Position numbers and translations under genes: made by a program | Notes under the pieces: generated by a model | What the model was told of the DNA's origin: nothing | The model's database searches: none | The model's input: only the letters and a program-made list of their open reading frames with translations | NCBI GenBank assembly: GCA_049724395.1 | Contig: JAUGWO010000140.1 | Location: 62,001 to 126,000, forward strand | Origin: Spongospora subterranea f. sp. subterranea | Taxonomy: Eukaryota | DNA: 64,000 nt | Reading direction: 5' to 3' | Shown here: positions 52,508-64,000 of the stretch, one piece after another | Numbering within the stretch: position 1 is the stretch's first letter | Layout: each line of letters opens with the position of its first letter

Positions 52508-53947
52508 ATGAAACAGCTAATCAGGGTTAAAGGAGATAGTGGCCGACTCCATATTGTGGATTGCGCCAGCCCTGAAACGCTGTGCACAACCTATCGTGAT
52601 CTGCGTAACGTTCTGCAGCAGGAGCAGGGTCTCTCTTCGGATCATGAGTTATGTGATGCCAATGACGCTGTAAAAATGCATTCGAATCCAGAGACACTTT
52701 CTCCTTCCCTAAATACGAGTGCAGGTATACGATCTGGACACGCCATTGCAGTTCTCCAGTCAGGCGGTCGTTTATGTGAAATGGAAGAGTTTTGATGTCG
52801 TTGTTATCGACGAGCCTCATGAACCCCAACATGTTCAGGTGTCATCGTCCTGGACAGTATATCAAGTAAAGCTCTATTTCAAAACTTTCATTGTTGTTTT
52901 CTAATTCAATGCAGGTTAGGAAAGCATATGAGATTGAAATTGGGACACCAATCGATAGGATATCGTTTCAAGGTCTGGAGCTTGTTGACGACGCGACATT
53001 AGCATCGTATAAAATTATTCAAAACTCCACCTTGGTTTCCCGTATTCGCATCTATGTTCATGATAAGTTTTGCCATGTACGTCGGTCTCTCACTTTTCAG
53101 TTGTGTTCAGAATATTGATTACGTTTCTTACTTTACAGATCGAACAACCATTATTGTTATATGAGTTCAGTACGATTGGTGACCTGAAACTGGCGTTTGG
53201 TACATCGACCGCGCGCTCGACCATGTCTGGAAAATGCACATTTCGTGGGAAAGAACTTGATGAGTACAAAACTCTATTCCACGCTGGAATCGCCACTGAT
53301 TCTGTAAATCGCCAATTAATGTGTTCATTGCTGTTTTCCCAACGTTTACCTATGTTCAGCTGGTTGAATTTACGAGTGCTCCGTTCACGATAGATATCGT
53401 TGTGCCTGGTCCGCCTGGGGATGAAGAAGAGGGCGAACGGATTGTTGAGTTGTCAACGTATGATCATCATACCATTCAAATGATTAAAGACAACTTTGGT
53501 TTAGCCACAGGTGGTCAGGTAATCTATTGAATGCGATGTTTTGTTCGCGAAATCACATAATTTTTCTTCCAGGCTCTGGTTCCCGAGGATAAGCTGACCT
53601 TGGATGGAGAAGCGCTAGCTGAGAATGAGATGATTTACCTTCGCGGGATCAAGCATGGAACACAGTTATATCTTCAACGTGAAGATGTTGTCAAGTAAAA
53701 TTACCGACAATCGATTTGTGCTGATATTCACTCGCCGTTTGAGTGTAGATCGATCGCCTATGAATGTGGAAGTTGCGGCGATAACAACAAGATTCGGCGA
53801 AGGGATCCCATTCGCTGTAGGAATTGTGGATATCGAGTACTGTACAAACTGAGGACGACCCGCCGTAAGTGAACACTATCGCCGCATATCTGTTTGTCCC
53901 CATCCAATTTGATATTTACTACAGCTTGTCAATACGTTGCGCGATAA
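52508..53947 (+). CDS. RPB12: Four tandem ubiquitin-like domains fused to RNA polymerase common subunit RPB12 (RPABC4/Rpc10)
   Basis: Ubl ends FQGLELVDDATLASYKIIQNSTL, FRGKELDEYKTLFHAGI, LDGEALAENEMIYLRGIKHGTQLYL; splice VVK|SIAYECGSCGDNNKIRRRDPIRCRNCGYRVLYKLRTTRP|CQYVAR*. Confidence 0.85.
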
Positions 53948-54147
53948 CGGTTTTGTGTCGATAAACGCTATTTTAATACACAATTCGGTTTAATCACGGT
54001 CACAATGGTTTCGTCAATCTCGTTAAGGATACCTTCGTCACCCCTGGATATTTCGTGTCTATCATGACCAGGATATTCTGATCTGCGTGCCTGCCCTGTC
54101 ATCATATCTTGTTAATCGACCTAGGAGATAAACCTGATTACGATTTA

Positions 54148-54701
54148 ATGTCGAACACCATTGACGGGTCCTTGTCACCAAGGTGCGGGAAGAAGGTGGC
54201 AGATTTGAAGCGAGCGAAACCCTTACACGAAGGGACCAAAGTTGTCACTCCTCTTCCATCACCCGAGTGCAAAAAACACCCGATTATCGACGTTCATGAC
54301 GATGAAACAGGGTTTGAGACGTAAGAGAGACTGCAGAAAACGACAAACCTCAAACTGACCGATAATCAACGGCCAGTTACCTGCAGAAATTAGAGTCGAT
54401 ACAATGGGAGAATTCGTCGTCATCAGTTGCGTCGGTGTTAGGTGAGATGATCTCATCTGTCAACAACATATCGACAGAGTTGGACGTTCAGTTCGACGCT
54501 ACGTCTCCTGATAGTGGTCTGCACATGGGATTGCAGCAAGAAATACAATCGGAACTGAACGAGATTAGCGAACTGTTCGCCGATTACGCCGAACGGCATC
54601 CGAGCATATGCCATGACCAAGCTGTTGCAGCGGCGATATTCGAGCAGCTGCAAACACCGGGCGGTAAGAAAACTACGTCGCGACGCATTTCACATTCATA
54701 A
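54148..54701 (+). CDS. Hypothetical protein
   Basis: Two ORFs joined by a plausible intron (~54321); helical acidic C-terminus; no family recognised. Confidence 0.4.
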
Positions 54702-55519
54702 CGAATGTGTTCCTTGCCAAGCTCAGTCGTAATTCTATTATCCAGACTATTTCGCTCATACAGATTACACGCTTTTTAATCAATCGCAACAATAGCTTAT
54801 ATTTTGTCTGGAGATCCTCCCGGCACCAATATGCAGACATTGTTGCCATTTACCAAGCAGGAGTCGATCTGGGTTGCCCTTTTGCCTTCCGGAGTGACCT
54901 CGCTTTGTAGGCATCGTCAGACACATGATAACTAGACTTGAGCGAATATGCTTACTATTCAGTGGCACCGTCTAGAACCATGTTCACATAATCATCGAAC
55001 CCTATCGTGGCCAAACGTTAATCCAGTTCGGCAATGAATATTAAGGAGAAACTATCGTCTACCTCGCAAAGTCCCGACGATTTCTTTTTCCCCTTTCATA
55101 ACAATCCAAATGCTCGACCCAATGCATTTATCAAGAAGTTCTGATATTCAAGTATATCAGTCAGGACAGACTTTTTCAATGTGCCAAAAGAGGGATCCTC
55201 CGCTATGCCAACGCGTACCTAATGGCAGCAATTGGCTTAGGTTGGTCTTGGCCGTCGATGCCGTTTCTGTTGCCATGGTTGATGGACTGGGTCTGCAACG
55301 CCAACGCCACTGTTACCTTAGGTATTGGTCTCCATCACGTGTCCGCGGACTTGCCTTCGTTGGTGTGTATATTCCTGACACCCAAAAGTATGGAAATAAC
55401 GTTCTGGAGTCGATCATGATTTCAGGTTCATTGACGTGTCACGATGCCAAATGCAGCATAGCGCTATGGTACATTGTCCCTGTTCCGTTTCCAAGCCAAA
55501 ATGCCACTGGTTTCTGCAA

Positions 55520-58144
55520 TTATTCATGGCCCAGTTTTATAATAGTTAGCAGCGCCGATGTGGCGTTCGACTTGATTGCATTCCGACATGCTTGGATCAC
55601 AGCTGCCTTGTGAGCACCCGTCCGCAACCTTGCTGCTCGCTGGATCATTAAATTAACCTATTCACGGGAAATTTTATTTTTAATTTCACAAACGTTATTC
55701 TACCAACCTGCTTTAACGCGTCTAAGAGCGCCTCATGATTAGCCTGCCCTTTTGTTCAATTCGCCTATGAGTTCATTGTTTGTATCAAACAATTCTGAAT
55801 ATTGTATCTTCATTTCAGCCATATCTCCCAAGAGCCGCGCATCCTGTAATAATAAGCCGGGACGCTAATGTACAACCTGGCGCAGTACCTCGCCTTTGAC
55901 AACTAGAGTTTTCATAAAATTGCTGAGGTCTACCATTTCGCTGCAGAGCCGTTTTCTAAGATCTGCATATTCGCTCATGTTTTTAAGCACATCTTCAAAG
56001 TCCTTGAACTCCTTTGGGAACGAAGCAACGCTTTCACAGTTGTCTATGGAAAGAAACGTACACAAATCTTGAATAATATCACCTTTGTTCACAGTATATC
56101 AGACCTTGAATGGAATGAAAACCACGTAAAATTACCGGCCAATTGCATGTCGTCAGTGCGAACTTGAAATTGGCTGCTCCCAGTGGTATTTACCGCCATG
56201 TTTAGAAATACGTCATTCCTCATGCATTTAAATCCAATGTTTAGCGTGTCGTTATCATGACGATTAGCCAGGTCCAACAAGAAGCTTTGGCTGAGCCAGA
56301 GGATGACTCTGGATATGCGTTCCTTCAAAGGTAGAGTGACCTGTATCAGAAGTTACTTGCCCTCTTTACGTGCAAAAAAAATGAGCAAAGAACGCACCAC
56401 AGAGCCTATCTGAGGCATGTCCCGTGGCTTGCAGTAAACGAATGACGCAAACTTTGGCAACCGGTGAGAGAGCTCAAACACATGATCTTGTGCAACGCCT
56501 TGCTTGACAAGTAAGTCAGAATTGAGCAAACTCACCGAGATGTCTTACCTTTGTATCCCACCACTACTTTAATCATCAATTGACAAGCTACATGCCGCTG
56601 AAGGCGCAAAGGGACTGCAACGGTTTTATCCGGGTTGTCAGGGAAATATAAAAGGCTACCGCTTTCGAAAACACCGTCAGCAAATATCATGACAACCTAG
56701 AAACCATTTGATCAAACCTTATTCGATGTCCAACTAGTGTCACAAACCTTAATCAATGTATCATTTGAACTTTCCATTCTCAGTTCCAACGCCGTTTTGG
56801 TCAGGTTAGGACCCAAAGCGCATGAAATTTTGGTGTCCACAGGGATGCTTCCTAATTGTATAGACGACTTTTGAATCGCAGCAAGATTAGAGTCATAACC
56901 ATTTAGTTCTCGTTGCAGTTCGGCGATTCTTGATTTCATTTTTGCGATTGCCGCGTCGTCTGATCCTGATCGAATAGCAGGAGTGGCTTCTGAACTTTCC
57001 GTATCTGGACCTTGATAACCTGTTGGTAAAATCTGCATGAAATCATGCAAGCTAAACAGAGGCTCGAAAGCATTACCTTGAATGGCACCGTCAATGGCGC
57101 AGACAATGACCTCCATTGTTCCTTTTTGACGATAATCGCCAATAAGAATAGCAGCGACAGTGGCGCCAATGTTATCGGAGTATAACAGAGTGCCATGCTT
57201 CATCAACCTCGCCTAATAAAAAAATCGGTAAAACAGTCGTGGTTTGACAAGTGAGTACTACTTCAATGGTTCCGTCAGTTAACCCGAGAATAATTTCGGG
57301 AGTCCCATCTCCATCGATATCAAAACTTGCTATGGCCACCGCTGGAACTTGCAATTTCAAACTCCATAATCTCGAGTTGCCCTCATATACGCCAATACTT
57401 CCGTCAGTGAGTGCATATGCGAAGCAATTACCTTGGATCGCAGTCAAGCCTGATGTTATAGTAAATATAATTCTACAGAAAAAATGGGGCATTTACACAA
57501 GATTGCATCACTTTCGCTTGTCTCCCAAATAATTTGCTCCCCCCGGTAGGCACGAATTTGGCAGTCTTCGCTACCAACGATCAATTCTTGCGATCCATCT
57601 GCATCGACATCACACAGCGCCAGTGAGGTCACATTGTCGCCAGTAACTGTCCAAAACTGTTCTTCTCCAGAATAATCAAATCCCTGAACAGAACAATTGC
57701 CACCAACGACGGCCAAAGGTGTCCCATTTTTTGATACGGCTCCAACAGCAATTGCATTGACACCATCAGCGACATCCTTGAACAGTACGTCGGAATTCCG
57801 AACGATGTCGTACCCCGTCAAATTTGTGGGTGTCCCAATGAATAATGTGTCATTTGCTGCAGAGTCTAGCCTGCCGATTGCTAGAGATGTTATATCTCTA
57901 TTTATTCGTATGATCTATAAATCGGCATCTACGATCAAAAGAGGGTAGTCTCCAGTTTTGCACTGATGTTTACCTGAGGTTTGTCAGGGGCATGTGACCA
58001 GTGGATGGATACCGTTCCTCCAGGGTTGGCGGCGGCAATTGCAGCGTTTTCGCCATCCAGAAAGCCGAATACAGCCCGCCTGGGAAGGATAGCTCCATCT
58101 AGCCGTGCCTGAAATGCAGGTGTTAATCGCTGCACGACCGACAT
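55520..58144 (-). CDS. BBS2: Bardet-Biedl syndrome 2 protein (BBSome subunit)
   Basis: GTPTNLTGYD, AVVGGNCSVQGFD..EEQFWTVTGDNV, ELIVGSED, FAYALTDGSIGVY, C-terminal QRAARLRTG..ACRNAIKSN. Confidence 0.95.
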
Positions 58145-58220
58145 TAAACAATTTGTTTGAATGGCGAAACCGAAATTTCTCTATTGTGACGAAATACAAC
58201 TACATACAGTTGACCAAAGG

Positions 58221-59667
58221 TATGCAACCTCCTATTGTAACAAACTGATGACACAAGTGGTATGCAACCTCCTATTGTAACAAACTGATGACACAAGTGG
58301 TATGCAACCTCCTATTGTAACAAACTGATGACACAAGTGGTATGCAACCTCCTATTGTAACAAACTGATGACACAAGTGGTATGCAACCTCCTATTGTAA
58401 CAAACTGATGACACAAGTGGTATGCAACCTCCTATTGTAACAAACTGATGACACAAGTGGTATGCAACCTCCTATTGTAACAAACTGATGACACAAGTGG
58501 TATGCAACCTCCTATTGTAACAAACTGATGACACAAGTGGTATGCAACCTCCTATTGTAACAAACTGATGACACAAGTGGTATGCAACCTCCTATTGTAA
58601 CAAACTGATGACACAAGTGGTATGCAACCTCCTATTGTAACAAACTGATGACACAAGTGGTATGCAACCTCCTATTGTAACAAACTGATGACACAAGTGG
58701 TATGCAACCTCCTATTGTAACAAACTGATGACACAAGTGGTATGCAACCTCCTATTGTAACAAACTGATGACACAAGTGGTATGCAACCTCCTATTGTAA
58801 CAAACTGATGACACAAGTGGTATGCAACCTCCTATTGTAACAAACTGATGACACAAGTGGTATGCAACCTCCTATTGTAACAAACTGATGACACAAGTGG
58901 TATGCAACCTCCTTCTGTAACAAACTGATGACACAAGTGGTATGCAACCTCCTTCTGTAACAAACTGATGACACAAGTGGTATACAACCTCATCAGTTTG
59001 TAACAATAAGAAGTTGCATACCAACCAATATGAGGTTGCATACCGTACTGATGACGCAAGTGATATGCAACTTCCCGTTGTAACAAACGAACGACACAAG
59101 TGGTATGCAACCTCATCAGTTTGTAACAAAAAGAAGTTGCATACCACTTGCGTCATCAGTTTGTTACAATAAGAGGTTGCATTCCACTTGTGTCATCAGT
59201 TTGTGGTATGCAACCTCTTATTGTAACAAACTGATGACGCAAGTGGTATGCAACCTCCTATTGTAACAAGTGGTATGCAACCTCCTATTGTAACAAGTGG
59301 TATGCAACCTCCTTCTGTAACAAACTGATGACACAAGTGGTATACAACCTCATCAGTTTGTAACAATAAGAAGTTGCATACCAACCAATATGAGGTTGCA
59401 TACCGTACTGATGACGCAAGTGATATGCAACTTCCCGTTGTAACAAACGAACGACACAAGTGGTATGCAACCTCATCAGTTTGTAACAAAAAGAAGTTGC
59501 ATACCACTTGCGTCATCAGTTTGTTACAATAAGAGGTTGCATTCCACTTGTGTCATCAGTTTGTGGTATGCAACCTCTTATTGTAACAAACTGATGACGC
59601 AAGTGGTATGCAACCTCCTATTGTAACAAGTGGTATGCAACCTCCTATTGTAACAAACTGATGACAC
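58221..59667. repeat. 40-bp tandem satellite followed by a duplicated 360-bp higher-order unit with inverted monomers
   Basis: 17 exact copies of tatgcaacctcctattgtaacaaactgatgacacaagtgg (58221-58900), 2 variants (58901-58980), then 58981-59340 repeated from 59341. Confidence 0.97.
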
Positions 59668-59728
59668 GATACCATGCGACATGCAGTGATAAGAATCCGA
59701 TCAATTTTGAACCGGTTTTAAATGTTTA

Positions 59729-61434
59729 TTAGCTAGGGATCGTGACATTTCGCTCTGTAGATGACTCCATCGATGTGGTTGATGTTTTCGGGCCTTCGTT
59801 CTGCGCGCCATGGCCCATGCCGTTCTTCTTCAGTTTCGAGCACAACGCCCAAGCCGGAATCCCACTCAGTATAGCAAGAATGCCCAGCAGAGGAGGCAGG
59901 TAATAAGGGAACGTGGCGATGTGGTGGGACACGAATGGGAATACGGAGAGGAAAATGCAGGTGACAATGAATATGAACGGCAAAGGCAACCAGACAGAGA
60001 AAGGACGGTTTCGGTTAGGTTGTTGGATGCGCAGGAGGAGCAATCCTACAACTGCTAAACCTGATGATCAAGCACAACATTGATTTCCATTCCTCGCAGT
60101 TCGAACTCAACTTTCGCTTACCGTAGAATACCCATTGAGGATACCCTACCAACTCGAGTAGGAAATCAAACGCGTCTTCAGAGGGGGGTATTGCGATTAA
60201 GATCATAGACAGAGCCCAATTTAATATGAAGGCTCTGGTAGGAGTCTTAAAGTAAGGATGTACAGCACTTAAATATTCCGATTTTGGAATAATGCCTGCC
60301 TTTGCCGAAGCCAATATTATCCGACTAGCACTGAAAGCCATTGCTGAAACTGCCCCAAGTGCCGACATTGCAAGTAATACTGGGAAAATCTTGGAGCCTA
60401 CAAAATCTCCAAACACGGCAATGAAAAACTGTCCAGCGAGAAGCTCTGACGACGAAACTATCTTATCCAACGGTACGACGGTAAAATAGGCGAAATTCGC
60501 TGCCAGAAAGAGTATGGTGACTAAACCAACGCCCATTGCTGACGCTCTTGGTAAACATTTTTCCGGGTCCTTGAGCTCTGCAACCGAGTAATTAAGGTTG
60601 TTCCAGCCATCGTACGCAAAAAATACTCGGAAGCACGCGCTTGCGTAGCTTCCAGGGCGATTGTCGGTTCCAGCAAACGGATGGGCAAAATTGTTTGGCC
60701 TGTTATCGATCTTTACGAGTTGAACAGCAATCAGCACTCCAGTCAATGCGATTATCGTAACAACAGCGATTTTCAGAACTGTGATGACATCGTGGATGAG
60801 AATAGCGATACGAGTATTGCTGATATTGATGGCAGTAATTAAAGAAATTGCTGCCATGGCAATTAATCGCTGTTGCACTACATTTTGGTTAAGGCCGCTA
60901 TTGAAAGGGAACATGATATACTTCGAAACCACAATACAATCGGCAGCTTCCGATCCTGGCCGGATGCACAAAATCATAACCCAACAAAAAAGGAACGGCA
61001 TCAAATCCCGAGGGCGGCTGTATGAAGTCTGGAGGTAAACTTGTTCGCCGCCGCTTTCAGGCATCATTGTCCCTAATTCTATATATGAACTGCTCCAAAT
61101 TCAACCTCACAGCAATTGCGACGAGAAGGTGTTGCTTACAATGTTCCACAAAATGTAATGATCCCTCCTACGGCCCATATTACCATCGCCATTCCTGGTG
61201 AACCGACAGACATCAGTACTTTCCCTGGGGTCGAAAATATTCCAGATCCTGATCAATTTATTTAGGCTTAAGCGGTGACAACTAAATCAGATAGATGGAA
61301 CTTTGATTACCTATCATCAGCCCTACAACTAGGCACATTCCAGAGAATGTGTCAAAGGTCTTTCTCAGCGGAATATCGACAGTATCATGGCCTAAAGGCA
61401 ATCGTGTTCGTCGCCGAGAACAACGCATCTTCAT
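59729..61434 (-). CDS. APC-superfamily amino-acid permease (LAT / Mup1-like)
   Basis: GLMIG|SGIFSTPG, ELGTMMPESGGEQVYL, FAYDGWNNLNY, RPFSVWL; about 12 TM segments. Confidence 0.92.
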
Positions 61435-62982
61435 TGCTATCGAATACACTAATTAGAATCACACGGTCGCCGATGGCCGGTGTGCGTTGATATTGCAGGA
61501 CTCCGAGGTCTCGTGATTTCATGAAGAATGCAGGCTCGCCAAGGTTCTACTGTTCATTGGAACGACATTAGACAATCATAACCAAGTTTTTTCAAATAAT
61601 GTGAAATTGATCTAACGAATTCACGATTGAAGTGGTTTACATTCGCAAGGGCAGCATACAGGTTTCCCCTGGACCGGTGGTGCGCCCTGTCTGATGGAGT
61701 GGCGTATCTCTGTCGTGGTGCACTGAGTGTGTCTGCAGGTCTGGCGTGTAGTAATCTGGCCATTTGGCCGCACCTGCCTCGCTGGGGTGGAGAGTAAGAT
61801 TAGTGTCAGGTGTCGGGTCCCCAACACATTAATTGTGAGTGTTTTACTGAGGTTGCTGGCATCGACCTCCTGCCCAACTCAGGTTTGAGCATTGCTGAAC
61901 TGTAGCCTTTTTGAACCCCTGCGTGGTCATTGCCTGGTAGATGGGTGAAGTCCAAAACTGTGGTTTCTATACTATAGAAAAGCGTTTGATGAAATTGAGT
62001 ATTTTCGTGATTGCGCATTTTGGCGATCGATAATGTTCAATACGAGTTGCAAGAAATCGAAGGTTTCCCTCTGCCCCTGAAAAGCGTTTCGATTTCAGTT
62101 AACTATCCGAAAAGGATTGTTAGTTCGGCCTCATCTGTATCGACTGGAGTTTCACAGCGGCGTCGTAGATTCTGTGCTAATGCAGGTGCCGTATAGTTCG
62201 CGTCGTGTTGAACGTGATCAAAAACTTGATATTTGTCTGGTTTGCGTTTTTCGGATTCCAGACAGATTATGGATGATTAAAACAGTTCGCTTAGACGCTC
62301 TGTCACTCGCCATCGACACTCAGCACCGCCCGCAACGCTTTGAATTGAGATTGGAGATCTCCCCAGCCGTCAATTCAACGTTGAATTGACGGCTGGAATA
62401 ACTCATCGTACGAAATCACCGTTCATCATGTGGAATGGCGGAGTGGTGAAGTACAGGATCAACAACATTTGAGTTGACCCCCATTGTTCCTATCAGTCCA
62501 TCGCCTGATGAATCAGGCTGGACGTGTATTCAGATCCATAACCTGGATGGGCATATTCTGCCTTTTCATCTCTGATGTTCCAGTCCTCATTATAAAGAGC
62601 ATGTGTGATTTATTTCGTTTTTCATGGCGGAATCTGCCGCAGTAATCGGATCCCCTAAGTAGTTCATTGAGGAAATCAAATGCAACCAACACTGGTTCCC
62701 AGATAGGGCTTAATCGATAATGATAGAATATTTGGTGTAGAAAGAGACGCTGGATCGTAGCGATGAATGATTTTATAGACCTCCATCGCTGATTTCCGTT
62801 TCGGGTCGTGATTGGCGACGCAACGCAACCCTCATCCGCCAGACATGTTCTGATGGTGAGGATCGTGAAATCGGTTCACGACAGAATTACCATGGTGTAC
62901 CTGATGATTAAAGGACCGGAAGATAACTGAATTGTTCATCAGAAAACCGCATTTGCGTCAAAAAATATTGGAAGGTGATGCA

Positions 62983-64000
62983 ATGGAGGTCGAACGAATT
63001 GACGGGTACACGAGGGTCGATCTGTGAATCTGATTATCGCTCAGGTTTGATTCACAGATGGATGGTCTATTTCTCGTGGATTTCGAACTGCGTGAGGAGA
63101 TCGGCGAGGAATGCAACGCCACCCAATCGGCGTCGTTGATGCTGTATTCGGGGATGGAAGCGCACGAGCTGCAGAACATGTTGGCGGCCGTGTTCGCCAT
63201 ACCGAATCCCACAGCCATTGCCGGTAAATTCGTGCACGATTCTCACGATCATCGTGTGCGACTCATCTGACATCGCTCCTCTGGACAGCTATTCAGGTTC
63301 AGCCCGAAGGCCACGTGATCCCGTTGTCGTTCCTAAGCCTGAACCCCTCCGCGTTTTCGTCATCGGACAAGTACCAGACGCTTCAGTTGCTGATCACGAG
63401 GGCGCCGCCTAGAACTGACCATCAATTATCGTTCACGAAGTTGGCCCGACCCCATGCCGGAGCCTCATTATCAGCCGACGCCGGATACGGGACGTATCAC
63501 GCAATCGGCAGCGACGGAATCGTCGCTGATGGCGTTCCTATCGAGTTTGGTCAGTTCACCCGTACCGTTGATCAACGCCGCCGAACAGATCGCGCTGAAA
63601 GCCAGAGTGGAATGCGACGATCGCGAGGTAAATGGCGCCATTTCCTCATTGGTTTCACCCCCATCAAAACAAAAAACGTCGTGACCAGATATTCAATTGG
63701 TACGACTCCTATCAACAAGAGGGGGATATGCTCCTGTTTGTGCGACGCCTTCTCATCGCCGCCCAGAATGACCTGTCGTCGTTGCCGCCCCCGTGTCTCG
63801 AGTTGACCTTGGCCCGTATCTGGATTCTGAAGGAGATGTCGCTGATCAGCCAAGAGGTGGGTCTTCCGTGATCGACCTGTAAAGGTTCTGAACGCCATCG
63901 GGTTCAGGAATGTTTGGCGTTGCAAGATCTAGCACGAGATCAGGATTCGTTGGTCGTCACTGTGTTCGCCATATATGGCGGAAACGATGTCGATGAAAGG
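62983..64000 (+). CDS. Hypothetical protein, probably running off the window end
   Basis: Successive plus-strand ORFs with GT-AG gaps (63058-63270, 63454-63684, 63632-63871); no family recognised. Confidence 0.4.

Noticed and set aside
54707..55613. 167-aa plus-strand ORF and neighbours near the BBS2 3' end
   Set aside because: Partly antisense to the BBS2 last exon; no coherent model or family
9486..58144. Apparent functional clustering of membrane-trafficking genes (two FYVE proteins, ATG12, PLD, BBS2)
   Set aside because: Interspersed with unrelated housekeeping genes; consistent with chance in a compact eukaryotic genome
58792..59516. Repetitive Cys-rich ORFs on the minus strand
   Set aside because: They are translations of the satellite in several frames, with no coding evidence
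58221..59667. CRISPR-like appearance of the regular array
   Set aside because: Units are contiguous identical 40-mers with no unique spacers, and there are no cas genes; the context is eukaryotic
61500..62900. Short ORFs upstream of the permease, considered as a TE relic
   Set aside because: No transposase, RT or gag motif recognised

Overview
Gene-dense eukaryotic nuclear DNA with short (about 45-100 nt) GT-AG introns and very short intergenic gaps. The ciliary genes BBS2 and a PIH1D2-like gene imply a flagellated microbial eukaryote; a plasmodiophorid-like protist would fit, but the taxon cannot be proven from this window. I spliced genes by hand, so exon borders are approximate, and all family assignments are by recalled motifs, not searches. 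Housekeeping genes: mitochondrial carrier, tRNA dimethylallyltransferase, bHLH-ZIP factor, TMC channel, ATG12, ribophorin II, acyl-protein thioesterase, DNA polymerase epsilon, phospholipase D, BBS2 and an APC amino-acid permease. Decayed transposons: a mariner relic at 12.3-12.9 kb, and CryptonF, a 554-bp foldback and a PIF/Harbinger relic at 19.2-24 kb. A 40-bp satellite lies upstream of BBS2. The most striking items are invisible in the ORF track. (1) A FYVE domain is fused to a full-length homologue of the Tes/GDGT-MAS (MJ0619) radical-SAM family that keeps the N-terminal metal site but lacks CxxxCxxC; its FYVE signature needs a 2-nt microexon. (2) RNA polymerase subunit RPB12 is fused behind four divergent ubiquitin-like domains. 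(3) Ribophorin II has two duplicated, same-phase alternative last exons. (4) A CBM20 glucan-binding module is fused to a kinesin-14 motor. (5) The PLD carries a tandem Cys-rich N-terminal module.
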